This document shows, piece by piece, positions 1 to 10,042 of a stretch of DNA of 64,000 bases (positions are counted from its first letter, which is position 1; the number at the start of each line of letters is the position of its first letter). Source of the stretch: an uncultured Candidatus Rokubacteria bacterium (GTDB taxonomy: Bacteria; Methylomirabilota; Methylomirabilia; Rokubacteriales; DASRDR01). The notes under the pieces were generated by a model. The model ran no database searches. It was given only the letters and a program-made list of their open reading frames with translations, and had not been told where the DNA came from. A program made the translations under genes and the position numbers. The stretch spans positions 64,001 through 128,000 of the forward strand of contig CAVPSB010000014.1 of the NCBI GenBank assembly GCA_963708025.1, given 5' to 3'.

Positions 1-1
1 G

Positions 2-820
2 ATCGACCGATACCTCCTGCTCGAACGGACGGCCCGATATGGGGTGACCGAGCACTTCACGGCTCGTGACACTCGGCTCGGCCGCCTGGTCACTCTGGAG
101 GCGAGACCGAAGGAGCCGGGGGAGAATGGGAAGGGGCGCTCGGCTGTCCTGCGCGCGGCATCAGAAGCTTGGGCCAGTCTTGATCACCCGAATGTCGTCC
201 GACTCCACGACTTCGGCGAGACTGCCGACTGGTACTATCGCGCGCTCGATCTACTGGACGGCACGGATCTGCGCCGCGTGCTGAACGACCGGATCCGATG
301 GCCGCTTGCCAAGACGCTGTCTACCATCGGGCAAGTGTGCGAAGGGGTGGAGCACATCCATCGATCCGGCATCGTTCACCGCGACATCAAGCCGGCCCAC
401 ATCTTCCTTCCGTCGCCGGGCGGCGTGAAGATCATCGGCTTCGGCGCCGCGATCAGGGTGTCCGGCCGCGAGGGTGGCTCACCGGAGCTCGCTGGAACGT
501 TGCGGTACATCCCGCCCGAGCAAGCGCGCGGGCAGGTTGACCCGCGATCGGACATGTTTGCCGTCGGCGCCGTGCTCTATGAGCTGTTGGCGCTCCGGCC
601 AGCGTTCGATGTCGATGATCGTTCGCTCGAAGACGCGATCTCTCTGCTGATTCGGAAGGACCGGATGGCGTCTCCCCCGACGCTCACGGATCTCGATGCG
701 GCCATTCCGTCGGAGCTGGCCGCGATCGTCCATCGTGCCATTCAGTTGGAGCCCGAAAGGCGATTCCGAGACATGGCCGAGATGCGGAGCCAGCTGCAAG
801 CGCTCCGGCTCGACACGTGA
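2..820 (+). CDS. Ser/Thr protein kinase-like domain, probable pseudokinase; 5' end lies outside the window
   Basis: LDHPNVVRLHD, IVHRDIKP, GTLRYIPPEQ and DPRSDMFAVG motifs; the frame is open to the window edge (IDRYLLLERT...); VAIK, DFG and the Gly-loop are degenerate. Confidence 0.85.
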   Translation: MDRYLLLERTARYGVTEHFTARDTRLGRLVTLEARPKEPGENGKGRSAVLRAASEAWASLDHPNVVRLHDFGETADWYYRALDLLDGTDLRRVLNDRIRWPLAKTLSTIGQVCEGVEHIHRSGIVHRDIKPAHIFLPSPGGVKIIGFGAAIRVSGREGGSPELAGTLRYIPPEQARGQVDPRSDMFAVGAVLYELLALRPAFDVDDRSLEDAISLLIRKDRMASPPTLTDLDAAIPSELAAIVHRAIQLEPERRFRDMAEMRSQLQALRLDT

Positions 821-880
821 CGCGCGCTCGGTCAGACGACCCGGATCGGTGCTGGCAACGGGTCGGCGAAGGCACGGGCT

Positions 881-3800
881 TCACGGAGCCAGGTCCACGT
901 CGGCGGCGTCCCGGCCGGCCAGGCGGCGGTAGCCTGGCCCGCGATCGAAGAACGGGAGCCGGCTGCGCGCCGCGCGCATCCGCGCCCGCAGGGCGGCGGT
1001 AGCGCCCGCGTCGAGTCGGGGCTCGCCGTCCTCGCCCGCGAGGACCACCACCCCGTACTCCTCGCGAGCGGCGCGCTCCGACACCTTGCCCTGCGCCACG
1101 TCGAGGAGGACGAGCGGGGGCTCGCGCTCGAGTGGATCGCCCCAGCCGCCGCCGCCCGTCGTCTCCACGCGCACGAGAGTCCCGGCCGGGATCGGCTCGT
1201 CGTCGACCAGCCCCGGCAGGACGCGCTCGCCCGGTCCGCCGGGATCCACCGTGACGCGGAAGGGCGCTCCCGCCCGGCCGCCCTTGAGCCCCCAGCAGGC
1301 GAGGATCGAGCGGTCGGCCATCGACATGAAGTAGCCGTCGCAGAGCGTCCGGAACTCCTTCAGGTAGCCGAGCCCGCCGCGCCGCAGACCCGCGCCGCCG
1401 GAGTCGACGGCCAGCGCCAGCCGCTCGACCCGCAGCGGGAAGCGAGTCTCGGTGAACTCGACGGGCAGGTTCTTGCTGTCCGGTACGACGTGGACGATGT
1501 CCTCGCCGTCGGCGTAGGACCGCCCGCCCGACCCGCCTCCGAGCACCTCGCGCATCAGGTAGAACTCGCCGCCCGGGTCCACCCCGTGGAACGCCGGTGT
1601 AGCGGATCGTCTCCTGGTCGGCGGGCATCCGGCCGTTCGTCGCCTTGGCGAGCGCCCCGGCCAGGACGCCCAGGAGGCGCAGGATGACGAAGGTCCGGGC
1701 GTTGGTCGGCGCCGGGAAGACTGGCGTCAGCAGCGTGCCCGGCGGCGGGAACCGCATCTCCAGCAGCGGCACCACGCCCTCGTTGACGTCCAGCTCGGCC
1801 ATCCGCTCCGGGGTGTCGGCCAGGTTGCGCAGGATCGGGCGCCAGCCACTTCTTGAGGAAGCACGCCGTCGGCGTAGTCGCCGGCGTGGTTGATCGGACC
1901 CTTGGCCTGGGGGCTCGTGCCGGCGAAGTCGAGAACCAGCCGGTCCCCGGTCTTGGTCAGCGTGATGCGCTGGGCGTGGAGCCGGGGCGGGTCGACGCCG
2001 TCGTGCTCGGCGTAGTCCTCCCAGGCCCAGGTGCCGTCGGGGATCTGGGCCAGGCACTCGCGCCGGAACGTCTCGGTCGTCCGGGCGAGGATCGCCTCGA
2101 AGCACGCCTCCACCTGCGCCGTCCCGTACCGGCCGAAGAGCGCGGCGAGCCGGCGCGCGCCCTCAGGCGACAGGCGGAGCACTCGCGTCGAGGTCCGCCG
2201 CGCAGGCTGTCGGGCAGGCGCGAGTTCCGGGTCATGATGCGCAGCACGTCCGTGTTGGGGCGGCCGGCGTCGTAGAGCTTGACCGGCGGGACCATCAGGC
2301 CCTCCTCGTGGACGCTGGTCGCGTGCGACGGCATCGAGCCGGGCACGGCCCCGCCGATGTCGTCGTGGTGGCCGAAGGCCTGGACGAACGCGACGACCCG
2401 GCCGTCCTGATGCGGATCGAACACCGGCACGGTGACGCAGAGGTCCGGCAGGTGCCCGATCCCGCCCTCCGACTCGTAGACGTCGTTGTGGAAGAACACG
2501 TCGCCGGGACGCATGGTCTCCGGCGGGAAGTCCCGCACCACCGGCTGGACGAGCGACGAGTAGGAGCGACCGGTGAGCTTGCGGCAGCGCCGGTCGTGGA
2601 TGCCGGCGCGGAAGTCGCGGGCTTCCCGGATCATCGGCGAGCGCGCGGTCCGCTCGATGGCGGTCTCCACCTCGGCCTCGACCGAGGCCAGACTGCCCTG
2701 GACGATCTGGAGGACGATGGGATCGGCCGCGACCGTCTCGGAGCCCGGGGTGCGCTCGGCCGCCGGCGGACGGCCGTCCACCCGGGACAGGATCAGGTTC
2801 GCGAAGCGATCCACCTCGACCCGCTGGCCGGGAAAGACCACCGTGGTGGCGCCGAACTCCTCGACGATCGCCGGGCCGGCAAGCCGGTCGCCGGGCCGGA
2901 GCCGGCCCCGGTCGTAGACGGGGCACGCGACCTCGCGCCCGTCGAACACCACGCCCCGCGTGCCCGCGCGGGCGCGCTCCGCCTGGCCGTCCCCGGCGGG
3001 GGTGGCGCAGGGCGCCGGCCGTCTCGCCAGCCCGATGCCGACCACCCGCAGGTTGACCCACTCGACGGCGTGGCGGCCGGCGGCCTCGCGGTAGCTGTAC
3101 CCGTAGCGCTGCTCGTGGGCGGCGTGGAAGCGCTCGACCGTCTCGGCGGCTCGCGCGGCATCCAGCTCGCCGGCCGGCAGCTCCACGGTCACCTCCCAGG
3201 CCTGGCCGAAGTACCGGAGGTCGGCCAGGCGGACGAAGCGCCGGGCCGGCTCCGGGACCCCCTCGCGGTCCAGCGCCTCGCGGGCGCGGGCCTCGAGTCG
3301 CGCCAGGTGGGCGTCGGCGAGCGCGTGGTCCAGCCGATCGTGCCGCTGGACGCAGGTCTGGACGTAGTCGTTCTTGAGGTCGACCATCAGGAGGCCGAAG
3401 GCCGACACGGTCCCCGGCGACGCCGGGATCAGCGCCGCCCGGAGCCCCAGCAGGTCGACCAGGCGGCCGGCGAGGAGCGGACCGGAGCCGCCGAAGGCGA
3501 CCAGCGTGTAGTCGCGCGGGTCCAGGCCGCGCTTGACGCTCATCTGCTGGATGGCGTTCGCCTGGTTCCAGGCCGCGATCTCGAGGATGCCTTCCGCCGT
3601 CTGCCCGGGGCCGAGTCCCAGCTCGGCGGCCAGACCCTCGATCCCTTTTCGGGCGAGGTCGGCCGACAGCGGGACCTCGCCGCCGAGGAGGCGCGGCGGG
3701 ATGCGGCCCAGCATGAGCTGGGCGTCGGTGACCGTGGGCTGCGCGCCGCCGCGGCCGTAGCACATCGGGCCCGGATCGGCGCCCGCGCTGCCGGGCCCGA

Positions 3801-4830
3801 CCTTCAGGCCGCCGTCGGGGGCGCGCCAGGCGATCGAGCCGCCCCCGGTCCCCACCGTCACCAGGTCGATCATCGGCACCTTGACCGGGAAGCGCCCGAC
3901 GGCGCCGTCGGAGGTGAGGCCCGGCTCGCCCCGCTCGACCAGGCAGACGTCGGTGCTGGTCCCGCCGGCGTCCATGGTCAGGATGCGCTCGAAGCCGGCG
4001 GAGGTGGCGAGGAAGGCCGCCCCGAGGGCGCCGGCGGCGGGCCCGCTCAGGATCGTCGTGATCGGGTGGCGCACCACCTCGCGCGCGGAGATCACGCCGC
4101 CGTTGGACTTCATGACGTAGAACGGCACGCCGGCGCCGAGCTCGGCGTCCAGGCGGGTCCGGATCGACGCCACGTAGCTGGCCACGCGGGACTTGACGAA
4201 GGCGTCGACCAGGGTCGTCATCGTGCGCTCGTACTCGCGGTACTCCGGCCACACCTCGGACGAGAGCGAGACGTGGGCCCCCGGGTGCTCCTCCTCGAGC
4301 ACCGCGCGCATCCGCTGCTCGTGGGCCGGGTTGGCGTAGGCGTGGAGGAAGCTCACGCCGATCGACGTGATGCCCTGGCGCTGGCACCACCGCGCCACCT
4401 CGCGGGCCGCCGCCTCGTCGAGCTCGCGGAGCACCTCGCCGCGATGGCTCAGGCGCTCGGGCACCTCGCGGACGCGATGGAGCGGCACGATCCGGTCGGG
4501 TTTCACCCAGAAGTAGGAGTTCCCGTAGCCCTGGGGGACGCTCTGTCGCGCGATCTCCAGGACGTGGCGAAACCCTTCGGTCGTCACCAGCCCGAGGTCG
4601 GCGAACCGCTCCTCCAGGAGCGCGTTCGTCGCCACGGTCGTCCCGTGGCAGACCGCGCTGACCTCGTCCGCGCCCGCCAGGCGGCGGATCTTGCGGAGCC
4701 CCTCCAGCACGGCGAGGGACGGGTCGGCGGGCGTGGACGGCGTCTTGGTCGCGAAGACCTCGCCGGTCGCCTCGTCCACCGCGACCACGTCGGTGAACGT
4801 GCCCCCGGTGTCGATCCCGATCCGAAACAC
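881..4830 (-). CDS. Fused hydantoinase A/B (5-oxoprolinase family) ATP-dependent amidohydrolase; frameshifted near 2160-2195, 1840-1855 and 1590
   Basis: N-terminal RIGIDTGGTFTD, HGTTVATN, SGPAAG, DAGGTSTD, GPGSAGADPGP, then HyuB motifs HLPDL, HHDDIGG and TGGGGWGDP spread over ORFs 1957-4935, 1727-4390, 684-2105 and 881-1582; GTG at 4830 with GGGAGG upstream. Confidence 0.88.
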
Positions 4831-4831
4831 T

Positions 4832-4970
4832 GTTCGAGACCTCCCGCCTACCCCCCCAGCCCCCCTCCGTTTGATCGGATCGCCGGGACGGCTCGGTCCT
4901 GCGGCCCTCGCGGCGTCCCGCCCTCCGGCGGCCACCGGGGGGAGGGGGGGGCCTGAAGACCCGACTCCTT
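4832..4970 (+). repeat. Family A palindromic C/G-rich repeat, copy 1, with a family C hairpin inserted in its loop
   Basis: ACCTCCCGCCTACCCCCCCAGCCCCCCTCC...CCACCGGGGGGAGGGGGG matches the copies at 16713, 27246 and 54868. Confidence 0.85.
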
Positions 4971-4975
4971 GCCTC

Positions 4976-6004
4976 TCAGCGGAGCGTCCGGGAGAGGTCC
5001 CAGACGTCGTGCGTGTAGGCGGCCGGCTCGGCCGGCTTCTTGATCACGCCGAACTTGAGCGCGATGTCCGCGGTGCGCTTGAAGGCCTCGGGGTCCATCT
5101 TGCCCGCCGGCGTCTTGGGCGCCGGGGGGCCCCAGACGAGCTTGTTGATCTCGGCCATCATCCAGGCCTGGTGCGGCTTGCCGAGCACCGGGCTCTCCTT
5201 CAGGACCAGGTCGACGCAGGCGCCGGCGTTGTCCCGGCAGAACTCCCACCCCTTGAGCGATGCCCGCAGGAAGCGGGCGGCGGTCTCCTTGTTCTTGCCG
5301 GCCCGGAGCCAGTCGGCGCGCGTGAAGATCCCGTCCTCGAGCATGGCCGTGCCCTCGGCGTTGAAGTCGATGACGACCAGGTCCTCGGGCTTCACCCCGC
5401 CGTCCAGCACCTGCTTGTACTCGTTGTAGGTCATGGCGGCCGCCGCGTCGACCTGCTTCTGGAGCAGGAGGTTCATGTCGAACGGCTGCTGCACGAGCGT
5501 CAGGTCCTTCTGGGGATCGATCTTGTACTTGGCCAGGGTGGCCAGCAGCGCGAACTCGTTGCCGCCGAACCACACCGCCACCTTCCGGCCCTTGAGGTCC
5601 GCCGCCGTCTTGATGCCCGAGGTCTTGAAGGCGAGCTGGCGCATGCCGCTGTACGCGAACACCTGGCCGATGTTCACGAGCGGCACCCCTTGCTCGCGCG
5701 CGGAGAGCAGGCTCGGCAGCCAGTCGAGGCCGAACTCGGCGCCCCCGCCGGCCACCACCTGCTCGGGGACGATGTCCGGTCCGCCGGGAATGATCGTCAC
5801 ATCGAGATTCTCGGCGGTGTAGAAGCCGCGGGTCTTCGCGGCGTAGTAGCCCGCGAACTGCGCCTGGGTCACCCACTTGAGCTGGAGCCGCACCTTGGTG
5901 GCCTGGGCCGCGGCCGGCGCCGGCCACGCCGCTCCCAGGGCCACCATCACGCCGAGCGCCAGCCCCATCGTCCGTAGTCTCACGGTCGTCCGTCGCGCCA
6001 TCAC
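4976..6004 (-). CDS. ABC transporter substrate-binding protein, NMT1/THI5 (SsuA-like) family
   Basis: Signal peptide; LQLKWVTQAQFAGYYAA; AAMTYNE. Confidence 0.9.
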   Translation of the reverse strand: MMARRTTVRLRTMGLALGVMVALGAAWPAPAAAQATKVRLQLKWVTQAQFAGYYAAKTRGFYTAENLDVTIIPGGPDIVPEQVVAGGGAEFGLDWLPSLLSAREQGVPLVNIGQVFAYSGMRQLAFKTSGIKTAADLKGRKVAVWFGGNEFALLATLAKYKIDPQKDLTLVQQPFDMNLLLQKQVDAAAAMTYNEYKQVLDGGVKPEDLVVIDFNAEGTAMLEDGIFTRADWLRAGKNKETAARFLRASLKGWEFCRDNAGACVDLVLKESPVLGKPHQAWMMAEINKLVWGPPAPKTPAGKMDPEAFKRTADIALKFGVIKKPAEPAAYTHDVWDLSRTLR

Positions 6005-6038
6005 CGATTCCTCCCGACGTCACGTGGGTTTCGGTTCG

Positions 6039-6809
6039 TCACGCCCGCCCCTGCTCCCGCTCCGCCCGCCAGGGGACGGCGAGCCGCTCGACCAGCGCCA
6101 CCACCGCGTAGAAGGCGAGCCCGAGGAGGCAGGCGACGAGGATCGCCGACCAGGCCTGGCGGGTCTGGAAGAGGCTCGCCGTGCTCTTGATGTACACGCC
6201 CAGCGACTTCATGGGGCCGCCGAAGAACTCGCTCACGACCGCGCCGATCATGGCCAGCGTGGTGCAGGCCCGGAACGCGGTGAACATGAACGGCACGCTG
6301 TGCGGCAGGCGGAGCTTGAGGAAGACCTGCCACTCGGAGGCCGCGCAGCTCCGCATCAGCTCCAGGCTGCGGGGGTCGACGGAGAGCAGCCCGCGCAGCG
6401 TGCCGATGAAGGTAGGGAAGAAGGTCATCACGGTCACGATGGCGATCTTCGACCCGGGGCCGATTCCGAACCAGACGATCGCCAGCGGCGCCAGCGCCAC
6501 GATCGGGACGGAGGCCGAGGCGATGGCGTAGGGCAGGACGAGGCCGGCGAAGGCCGGCGAGCGGCTCGATAGCATCGCCGCCAGCAGTCCCAGGCCGCAG
6601 CCCAGCCCGTAGCCGGCCAGGGCCTCGCCGAACGTGTAGAGGCTCGCCTCGAGCAGGACCGGATAGCTCTGGCGGAGGCTGGCCACGATGACGTGCGGGG
6701 CGGGCAGGAGGTAGAACTCGATCGCGAACGCGAAGACGAAGGCCTCCCAGGCGGCGATGCCGAGGACGAAGACGCCGAGAGCCGGCAGGTTCTCCCGGAG
6801 CCGGCGCAC
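6039..6809 (-). CDS. ABC transporter permease (SsuC/TauC-like)
   Basis: Hydrophobic; LAPLAIVWFGIG, KLRLPHSVP, GAVVSEFFG. Confidence 0.9.
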   Translation of the reverse strand: MRRLRENLPALGVFVLGIAAWEAFVFAFAIEFYLLPAPHVIVASLRQSYPVLLEASLYTFGEALAGYGLGCGLGLLAAMLSSRSPAFAGLVLPYAIASASVPIVALAPLAIVWFGIGPGSKIAIVTVMTFFPTFIGTLRGLLSVDPRSLELMRSCAASEWQVFLKLRLPHSVPFMFTAFRACTTLAMIGAVVSEFFGGPMKSLGVYIKSTASLFQTRQAWSAILVACLLGLAFYAVVALVERLAVPWRAEREQGRA

Positions 6810-6812
6810 CGG

Positions 6813-7631
6813 CTACGCCCCCGCTCCGTCCGGGCCGGGGCCGGCGGCGAGGCCGGGGTCCTCGACGAGGTGCTCGCGCACGGTGGTGACCAGCTCGAAG
6901 AACCGCGGCAGGGCGCGCGTCTTCTCGCTGCGGGGGCGCGGCAGGTCCACGTCCACCACCCGCTCGATGCGGCCCGGGCGGGGGCTCAGCACCACCACCC
7001 GGCTGGAGAGGAAGACCGCCTCCGCGATGCTGTGGGTCACGAAGAGCACGGTGGCGCCGGTCTCGCCGCAGACGCTCAGCAGCTCCAGGTTGAGGCGCTC
7101 GCGCGTCATCTCGTCCAGCGCCCCGAACGGCTCGTCCATGAGCAGGATCGACGGGCTGGTCACCAGCGCCCGGGCCATGGCCACCCGCTGCTGCATCCCG
7201 CCCGAGAGCTGCCACGGGAAGTGACGGCGGAAGGCGTCGAGCCCGACCAGGCGCAACAGGGTCCGGACGCGCTCGTCCTGCTCGCGCCGCGGCCAGCCCA
7301 TCACCTCCAGCGGCAGGCGGACGTTCGCCTCGGCCGTGCGCCAGTCGTAGAGCACGGGTGCCTGGAAGACGATGCCGTAGTCCCGGCCGAGACGCGCCTG
7401 GTGGGGCGACTTCCCGTTCACGGTGACCGTGCCGCCCGACGGCGCGACGAGGTCGCCGACGATCCGCAGGAGGGTGGACTTGCCACAGCCGGACGGGCCG
7501 ATCAGCGAGACGAACTCACCCCGCTCGATGGCCAGCGACACGTCGCGGAGGGCTTCGGTCGCGCCGGCCCGGCTCGGGAACGTCTTGCCCACGCCGTCGA
7601 GCGCGATCATCGGGAGGCGCGACATCGGCAC
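6813..7631 (-). CDS. ABC transporter ATP-binding protein (TauB/SsuB-like)
   Basis: Walker A GPSGCGKST, LSGGMQQR, LLMDEPFGALD. Confidence 0.95.
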   Translation of the reverse strand: MPMSRLPMIALDGVGKTFPSRAGATEALRDVSLAIERGEFVSLIGPSGCGKSTLLRIVGDLVAPSGGTVTVNGKSPHQARLGRDYGIVFQAPVLYDWRTAEANVRLPLEVMGWPRREQDERVRTLLRLVGLDAFRRHFPWQLSGGMQQRVAMARALVTSPSILLMDEPFGALDEMTRERLNLELLSVCGETGATVLFVTHSIAEAVFLSSRVVVLSPRPGRIERVVDVDLPRPRSEKTRALPRFFELVTTVREHLVEDPGLAAGPGPDGAGA

Positions 7632-7634
7632 GTC

Positions 7635-8468
7635 CTACGCGGACCGCCCGGCCGGCTGCCAGGCCACGCAGCGCCGCTCGACGGCGGCCACGGCGTGGTA
7701 GAACGCGATCCCGAGCAGCGCCGAGACCAGGATGGCCGCCCACAGGTTGGCGGGCCGCCAGTTGTAGTACTGGGCCGCGTTGATGATGACGACGCCCATC
7801 CCGAACCGGCTCCCCACCGGCAGCTCCCCGATGATGGCGCCGACGACGCTGGCCGTCGCGGAGAGGCGGAGTGCGACGAAGAGGTACGGGAGGGCCGCCG
7901 GGAAGCGGAGCTTCAGGAACACCTGCCGCCGGGTCGCGGCGAGGGCCCGCATCAGGGCGAGGGCGTCGGGGTCGACCGACCGGAGGCCCCGCAGCATGTT
8001 GACCGTCACCGGGAAGAAGGTGAGATACGCGGCGATGACCGCCTTGGACACCCACGAGGTGCCGAGCCACACCACCACCATCGGCGCCACCGCCAGGATC
8101 GGCACCGTCTGGGACACCATCACGTACGGGAGGAGCCCGCGCTCCAGGAGCCGCGAGCCCGCGAAGAGGATGGCCAGGGCCAGTCCCGCCGTCGCGCCAA
8201 AGGCGAAGCCGGCCAGGCTCTCGAGGGCGGTGTAGGCGGCGTTGTGGGCCATGATCAGGAGCCACGGGCTGCCGTCGGCGCCCTCTCGCAGGAACTCGCC
8301 GAGGATCTCGTGGACGTGCGGGAGCTGGTAGGTCGGGATCGCGAAGAGCGCCTTGCTCCCTTCCCACACCGCGACCAGGGCGGCCGGCACGGCGAGCGCG
8401 AGGAGCCGGCGGTTACGGCCCGGGCGCCCACCCCCGCCGGGCTCGGGGCCGCGCGTGCTTGCGGGCAT
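7635..8468 (-). CDS. ABC transporter permease (SsuC/TauC-like)
   Basis: C-terminal part of ORF 7635-12152; SQTVPILAVAP, KLRFPAALP, GAIIGELP. Confidence 0.88.
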   Translation of the reverse strand: MPASTRGPEPGGGGRPGRNRRLLALAVPAALVAVWEGSKALFAIPTYQLPHVHEILGEFLREGADGSPWLLIMAHNAAYTALESLAGFAFGATAGLALAILFAGSRLLERGLLPYVMVSQTVPILAVAPMVVVWLGTSWVSKAVIAAYLTFFPVTVNMLRGLRSVDPDALALMRALAATRRQVFLKLRFPAALPYLFVALRLSATASVVGAIIGELPVGSRFGMGVVIINAAQYYNWRPANLWAAILVSALLGIAFYHAVAAVERRCVAWQPAGRSA

Positions 8469-8539
8469 GCGCCGAGTGTAGCGCATCGCGGCCGCCCGGT
8501 CCTGTCGGCGGGCGCCACCCGTGGGAGTCGTCGCCGAGG

Positions 8540-9919
8540 CTACCGGCCCCGGAGGAGTGATGGCCGATACGAATCGGTGACGTGGCGCGCCATTCTCGTG
8601 AAGAGATCGGGGAGCCGGGCGGGCTGGGGCTCGGGGGGAAGGTCGCTCAGCGCGGACTCGAACCACCGGAGATAGGTCTTCTCGATCCGGGCCGAGTCCC
8701 AGTGCTCCCGGGCGTAGCGGGCGGCTTCGGCGCCCAGCCGGTGCCGGAGCGGAGGGTCCGCGAGCAACCGGCGCAGAGCCTCCGCCATGGCCTCGGGATC
8801 CGCGGCGGGGACGAGGAGGCCGCGCTCGCCGTGGGCCACGGTCTCGCCGAGACCGCCGACAGCAGTGGCGACGACCGGGGTCCCGCAGGCCTGAGCCTCG
8901 GCGGCGATGAGGCCCGCGTTCTCCGCCCGGGCCGCGTGGACGTAGACGTCGGCGGCCTGGAGGTACCGGGCCAGCGTCTCCTGGGGCTGAAACGGCAGGA
9001 ATCGGAGCCGCGTGTTGCCCACGACCTGCTCGGGCGCCGCCTCGCCGAGGCCGATGAACAGGATCCGCTGCCGGGGGAGCCACTCCGCCAGGTGACGGAC
9101 GGCCGCCTCGATCGTCGCGGAATCCTTGTAGGGGTTCGAGCGGGCCCGGTAGGCCCCGAAGACGAGGATGCGCGCGTCCTGCGGCAGGCCGAGCGCGGCG
9201 CGCACCGCCTCGCGCTCCGCCGGGCGAAAGGTCCGGCGATCGATGGGACACGGGATCACCTGGAGGTCCTGGATGGCGGGCGCCAGGATGGACCGCGCCA
9301 CGGAATCCCGAAGCCACCGCGTCGGGGTGGCGACGCGAAGACGCACCCCCCCGTAAACGTGCTTCTTGCGAGCCCAGTTCACGTCGCTGGCGTCCCGGGA
9401 GATCGCCGGCGGCAGGGAGAGATCGGGACAGCTCCCGCAGCCCGTCTCCCAGCCCGCACACCCGACGGGATACGCGCAGTGCCCCGTCATCGCCCAGAAG
9501 TCGTGGAGGACCAGGAAGGTCGGGATCTGTCGTGAAAGCGATGCCAGCGCGCGGAGGTCGAAGTAGCCGCCGTGGAGGTTGTGGAGCAGGAGCACGTCGG
9601 GCGGCGAGCCGGTGAGGGTTGGCAGGTGCGTCGTGAACGGAAAGTGGAAGTCCTCGAGGCCCTGCTCGCTGTCTCGGCACTTGGCGCGCCGGAGCTCCTC
9701 CTGGAACCCGGGGCTGGCATACGGCCGGTAGTCGAGATGCGGGCTCGAATGGAAGGGGAGGACGCGCGGATCGGCGGTTCGCTTGTCGCCGACGACGAGC
9801 CAGGACTCGAGGCCGCGGCGCTCGAAGCCCTTGAACAGATTCCAGGCGACCCGCTCGGCTCCGCTGCCCTCGTCCGCCGTGTTCACCGAGACGATCTTGC
9901 GCGCGGTCAGCCGGATCAC
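8540..9919 (-). CDS. Glycosyltransferase family 4 (GT-B, WcaC-like)
   Basis: GAERVA, LLLHNLHGGYF, LHDFWAMTGHC, ENAGLIAAEAQACGTPVV; start uncertain (9919 or 9955). Confidence 0.88.
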   Translation of the reverse strand: MIRLTARKIVSVNTADEGSGAERVAWNLFKGFERRGLESWLVVGDKRTADPRVLPFHSSPHLDYRPYASPGFQEELRRAKCRDSEQGLEDFHFPFTTHLPTLTGSPPDVLLLHNLHGGYFDLRALASLSRQIPTFLVLHDFWAMTGHCAYPVGCAGWETGCGSCPDLSLPPAISRDASDVNWARKKHVYGGVRLRVATPTRWLRDSVARSILAPAIQDLQVIPCPIDRRTFRPAEREAVRAALGLPQDARILVFGAYRARSNPYKDSATIEAAVRHLAEWLPRQRILFIGLGEAAPEQVVGNTRLRFLPFQPQETLARYLQAADVYVHAARAENAGLIAAEAQACGTPVVATAVGGLGETVAHGERGLLVPAADPEAMAEALRRLLADPPLRHRLGAEAARYAREHWDSARIEKTYLRWFESALSDLPPEPQPARLPDLFTRMARHVTDSYRPSLLRGR

Positions 9920-10042
9920 GCCCCGACGATACCCGACCCGTGGGCGCGGCGCCAAGGAATCGGCGGCGTCTGCTATCTGCTCCCTCGCCCTCCCGGTGCC
10001 GGCGGGCGGGCTGGACCCTGGGGGGGGTCGAGCGGGCGGCGA

